From Nostoc sp. (GTDB lineage: Bacteria; Cyanobacteriota; Cyanobacteriia; Cyanobacteriales; Nostocaceae), in NCBI GenBank assembly GCA_036918135.1, contig JBALDB010000007.1:32001-96000 (forward strand): a DNA stretch of 64,000 bases. The letters are read 5' to 3'. Numbering within the stretch: the stretch's first letter is position 1; every line of letters begins with the position of its first letter. This document shows, one piece after another, positions 61,501-64,000 of the stretch. The notes under the pieces are model-generated. The model made no database searches, was not told where the DNA came from, and saw nothing but the letters and a program-made list of their open reading frames with translations. The translations under genes and the position numbers were made by a program.

Positions 61501-63966
61501 TGCCCCAGCAGCAAAAGAGATGGTAGTAGGAGAAAAAGTGTAATCGCTGCCACTAGTAGCAGTGCTAGTATTTTTAATAACAATAGGAACTGTGACAGCC
61601 GCTTCAGGAGAGGCATCTAAGGTAACAGGAATTGTTACTATAGTCGCGGTACTATCTTCTATTGTATTGTACGTAGCAGCACCAAAGCTAACTTTTGGCA
61701 GCACATATTCAAATGCTCCAATGTCAAGTCTGCCGCTTTCAATACGGTTAAAACCCGTGCCGCGTTGGTCGGTAGTTAAGCCACCGCTATAAGTGGGATT
61801 GCCAGCATTCCTGGCAGGACTGTTAAACTCTAAAGCATGAGTTTGTGTAGAACCACCGTAATTTCCTAGCGGTTTCAGTCCAGGGTTAGGGTTAATAATA
61901 TCTGTACCTGTACCCAAAGTCCCAGATAATTTGCCAGTAATTTTGCCAATCAGGTTGTAAGCATTACCATTGAAGTTGCTACCATAGACATCCGCTCCTT
62001 GATTACCTGGGTCAATATTGCCAGCAATAATGCTATTGCTGATGTTCACCGTGCCGCTAGATTTATAAATGCCGCCACCATCACCTTGACCGCTGTTATC
62101 ACTATCAGCGGTATTCCCAAAGATAGTGCTATTGCTGACTGTGGCATTGCTAGTGTAGATGCCGCCACCATAAGTTTTAGCTGTATTGCTTGAAATAGTG
62201 CTATTGCTCAAGGTGAGATTACTACTACTGTAAATGCCGCCACCGTTGCTGTTCGCCGTGTTGCTGGAAATGGTGCTATTGCTGATTGTGGCGCTACTGC
62301 TGTAGATACCGCCACCGTTGCTGTTCGCCGTGTTGCTGGAAATAGTGCTATTGCTAAGTATGACACTACTGCTGTAAATTGCGGCACCAGCGTTGGCGGT
62401 GTTGCTGGAAATGATGCTATTGCTGAGTGTGACACTACTGTTGCTGTATATCCCACCACCATCGTTATTTCCTGCATTTCCCCCAGTTATCTTCAACCCA
62501 TCAATAGACAGGGAGGCACTAGCACTAAAAACACGGGAAGTATTGTTACCACTGATGGTGAGTTTATTAGCCCCAGTTCCTTGAATTATCACTCCTTCAG
62601 TAATATTCAACTCCCCAGAAGTCAAGGTAATGGTGTCGGGGGTAGCATCACCGAATATCCCAGTCGTATCAAAGATGATTGTCTCAATCCCTGGATCGTT
62701 ATTGGCATTGATAATAGCTTGCCTTAACGAGCCAGCACCGCTGTCATTGGTGTTAGTGACTATATAAGTGGTGTTATCTACTTTGACAGATACATCGTCG
62801 ATCGCTAAACCATGATCGTTGCCTCCATCATCTATGTCTTCCCAACGCAGTATAATTTCTTCACCGTTAGCTATTGGGGTAGCTAGGGTAATTGTTACAG
62901 GTATAATCACAACTCGATTCGCGCTTTGATTACCGTTTAAGGCAGCTACGGTTGCACTTGCAATTGGCCCAGTGAAATCTAGCGATGTGACGGGCGTCCA
63001 TGTTCCTGTTGTCAAACTTGTGAGAGTTGACCCAGTTTGATAACTAAATTTCAGCTGTTGCGGTGATATATTATTACCATTACGCCATTGTTCACCCGTG
63101 TAACCTACTAGCAACTGAGTAATTGGTGAACCTGTGTTGTTTTGGAGGCGTAACCCATAATAAATAGTTCCTGTACTAGCAGAAGCTATAGAACCAAGTG
63201 CCCGATCTAGAGCAGTGGTACTAGTACCAAAACTGTACAATCCACCTGTATTATTAGTGCCACTACCAGCGTTGTAAGTTGTTCTTGTAGCATACCAACC
63301 TGAAATAGTTGAATCATCGACCCAAGGCACAGATGTTCCGAAACTAGCTAACGAGTTAAAGTTTTGAGAGTATGTGCCAGTAAAACTAGCTGGCAAAATA
63401 GATTTGTAAGCCTGTATTACTTCCGGTTGAAATGCTAGGGAAGCCTCAATTTTCCCTGTCTTCACCTCTAAATCCCAATCGCCACCTAAAGCTGTACTTC
63501 CTGTTTTATTACTGGAAGCGGCAACATCTGCCCCAGTAATTCGGCTAAGAATTTGCACAAATTTCGTGCCTTCACCGTTGGCTACATCACAGCCATAAAG
63601 TAGGATATCAGCGTTATCAGTTAAAACACTTGCCCACTTTCGTAATTGATTTGCATAACTATTGAGGTTAGTAAGGCTAAGGTAAGTTGACCCCAATTGC
63701 AAACTCCCCTCACTGCCGTGGGAGACAATGTGAACTGATTGAACTGAGTTAGGTTTACATCCTGCCAGAAACTCACTGATTTGGGTTAAACCGTCTCGAC
63801 TATGGTCAAGGATAACGACTTCACTACCAGGTGCGATCCCAGCGACTAAGCTTTGATAATCAATAACTTCACTATCTATAAAAACAATATTTCTGCTTAC
63901 TTCTAGTAAGTTTTCAATAGAATTAGTTTGGTTGTTAATATGACTATTTTTTGGCTGTTTGCTCAT
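58567..63966 (-). CDS. Large surface protein: DUF4347, beta-helix (POMP/choice-of-anchor-like) repeats and about 9 Calx-beta domains
   Basis: IVFID..HIVSHG..LLYGC..GGDWDLE (DUF4347); GGGIY repeats; DQRG..DIGAFE; Calx-beta repeats ending TIINDD. Confidence 0.88.
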   Translation of the reverse strand: MSKQPKNSHINNQTNSIENLLEVSRNIVFIDSEVIDYQSLVAGIAPGSEVVILDHSRDGLTQISEFLAGCKPNSVQSVHIVSHGSEGSLQLGSTYLSLTNLNSYANQLRKWASVLTDNADILLYGCDVANGEGTKFVQILSRITGADVAASSNKTGSTALGGDWDLEVKTGKIEASLAFQPEVIQAYKSILPASFTGTYSQNFNSLASFGTSVPWVDDSTISGWYATRTTYNAGSGTNNTGGLYSFGTSTTALDRALGSIASASTGTIYYGLRLQNNTGSPITQLLVGYTGEQWRNGNNISPQQLKFSYQTGSTLTSLTTGTWTPVTSLDFTGPIASATVAALNGNQSANRVVIIPVTITLATPIANGEEIILRWEDIDDGGNDHGLAIDDVSVKVDNTTYIVTNTNDSGAGSLRQAIINANNDPGIETIIFDTTGIFGDATPDTITLTSGELNITEGVIIQGTGANKLTISGNNTSRVFSASASLSIDGLKITGGNAGNNDGGGIYSNSSVTLSNSIISSNTANAGAAIYSSSVILSNSTISSNTANSNGGGIYSSSATISNSTISSNTANSNGGGIYSSSNLTLSNSTISSNTAKTYGGGIYTSNATVSNSTIFGNTADSDNSGQGDGGGIYKSSGTVNISNSIIAGNIDPGNQGADVYGSNFNGNAYNLIGKITGKLSGTLGTGTDIINPNPGLKPLGNYGGSTQTHALEFNSPARNAGNPTYSGGLTTDQRGTGFNRIESGRLDIGAFEYVLPKVSFGAATYNTIEDSTATIVTIPVTLDASPEAAVTVPIVIKNTSTATSGSDYTFSPTTISFAAGATGSNLTKLITFTINPDDLPENAETVVLNFGTLIGADLGTITESTLNIAANDSIQYAISTPTSSLIEGNSGTQAVTFTVTRSGGIGVASTINYAFSGAASFGSDYNNIQVPNGGTTASGTLNFAVGEKTKTITVDVLGDNIFETNEDIILTLSNPNLTAAPENSTITNSSAIVNITNDDNQPTVSISDVSLTEGNPGTTTNANFIVTLSNPSYQTVTVNYNTSDGTATVADSDYNSASGTITFNPGETNKTLNISVISDNKFETDETFSVNLLGATNATLADSLGVATIINDDTQPAISISDISVIEGNTGTTTNANFAITLSNPSYQQVTVNYNTSDGTAVVSDSDYNSASGTITFNPGETSKVISIGVIGDNKFEADETFGVNLLGATNATLADSLGVATIINDDNQPTISILDVSVIEGNTGTTTNANFTITLSNPSYQQVTVNYNTNDGTAVVSDLDYNSVSGTITFNPGETSKVISIGVIGDNKFEADETFGVNILGATNATLADSLGVATIINDDNQPTISISDVSVVEGNTDTTTNANFTITLSNPSYQQVTVNYNTSNGSAKVSDSDYNSANGTIIFAPGETTKIISIGVIGDNKFEADETFGVNLLGATNATLADSLGVATIINDDNQPTISISDVSVIEGNTGTTTNANFTITLSNPSYQQVTVNYNTSDGSAKVSDSDYNSANGTIIFAPGETSKTLSIGVIGDNQNESNETFSVNLLGATNATIADNLGVATIINDDNQSTISISDVLVTEGNTGTTTNANFIVTLSQPSFQQVSVNYNTSDGTAKVSDSDYNPANGTITFNPGETSKTISIGVIGDNKPEPNETFSVNLLGATNATIVDSLGVATITNDDPPPAISISNVSLNEGTTGMITNANFVVTLSNEFYQRIIVNYSTSDGTAKDSDSDYNFGLGTIIFEAGETSKVISIGVRGDNKVEPNETFFVNLYGAANATFANSQGVGTIINDDR
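58570..60960 (-). repeat. Seven highly similar 342-bp (114-aa) Calx-beta repeats
   Basis: GTTGGTTGGTTGTCATCGTT recurs at 342-bp spacing (about 59588, 59930, 60272). Confidence 0.88.
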
Positions 63967-64000
63967 ATATTTTCTTCTTTAAAAAAACTAGATTTTGATG

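Noticed and set aside
58810..62584. Repeated plus-strand ORFs over the Calx-beta gene
   Set aside because: Antisense shadows of the 342-bp repeats.

Overview
64 kb of a filamentous, Nostocales-like cyanobacterial chromosome, judged from frequent HIP1 octamers (GCGATCGC), heptamer STRR tracts, small dispersed repeats, XisH/XisI and Uma2 genes, petJ, a group-2 sigma factor and priA. The window mixes housekeeping genes (tRNA-Gln, petJ, sigE-like, priA, dps) with stress, transport and redox genes, three large repeat proteins (HEAT-NACHT, a Gly-rich RTX-like protein, a Calx-beta adhesin) and many decayed fragments (IS630, group II intron 3' end, DNA methyltransferase, P1B-ATPase, Uma2 x2, mop, xisHI). 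No CRISPR array, rRNA or prophage was seen. Best leads: (1) a polysaccharide pyruvyltransferase coupled to a divergent MurB paralog downstream of a WecB/TagA glycosyltransferase, a candidate pathway for lactyl-ether (nosturonic acid-type) modification of exopolysaccharide; (2) a shared 19-bp PetR-like promoter element in front of both petJ and the adjacent TonB-dependent receptor, suggesting a copper-limitation-induced outer-membrane transporter; (3) a membrane-anchored HEAT-NACHT protein whose near-identical 105-bp repeats vary almost only at five surface codons, like an NLR-type receptor under diversifying selection. All calls come from reading motifs by eye; no database search was run.
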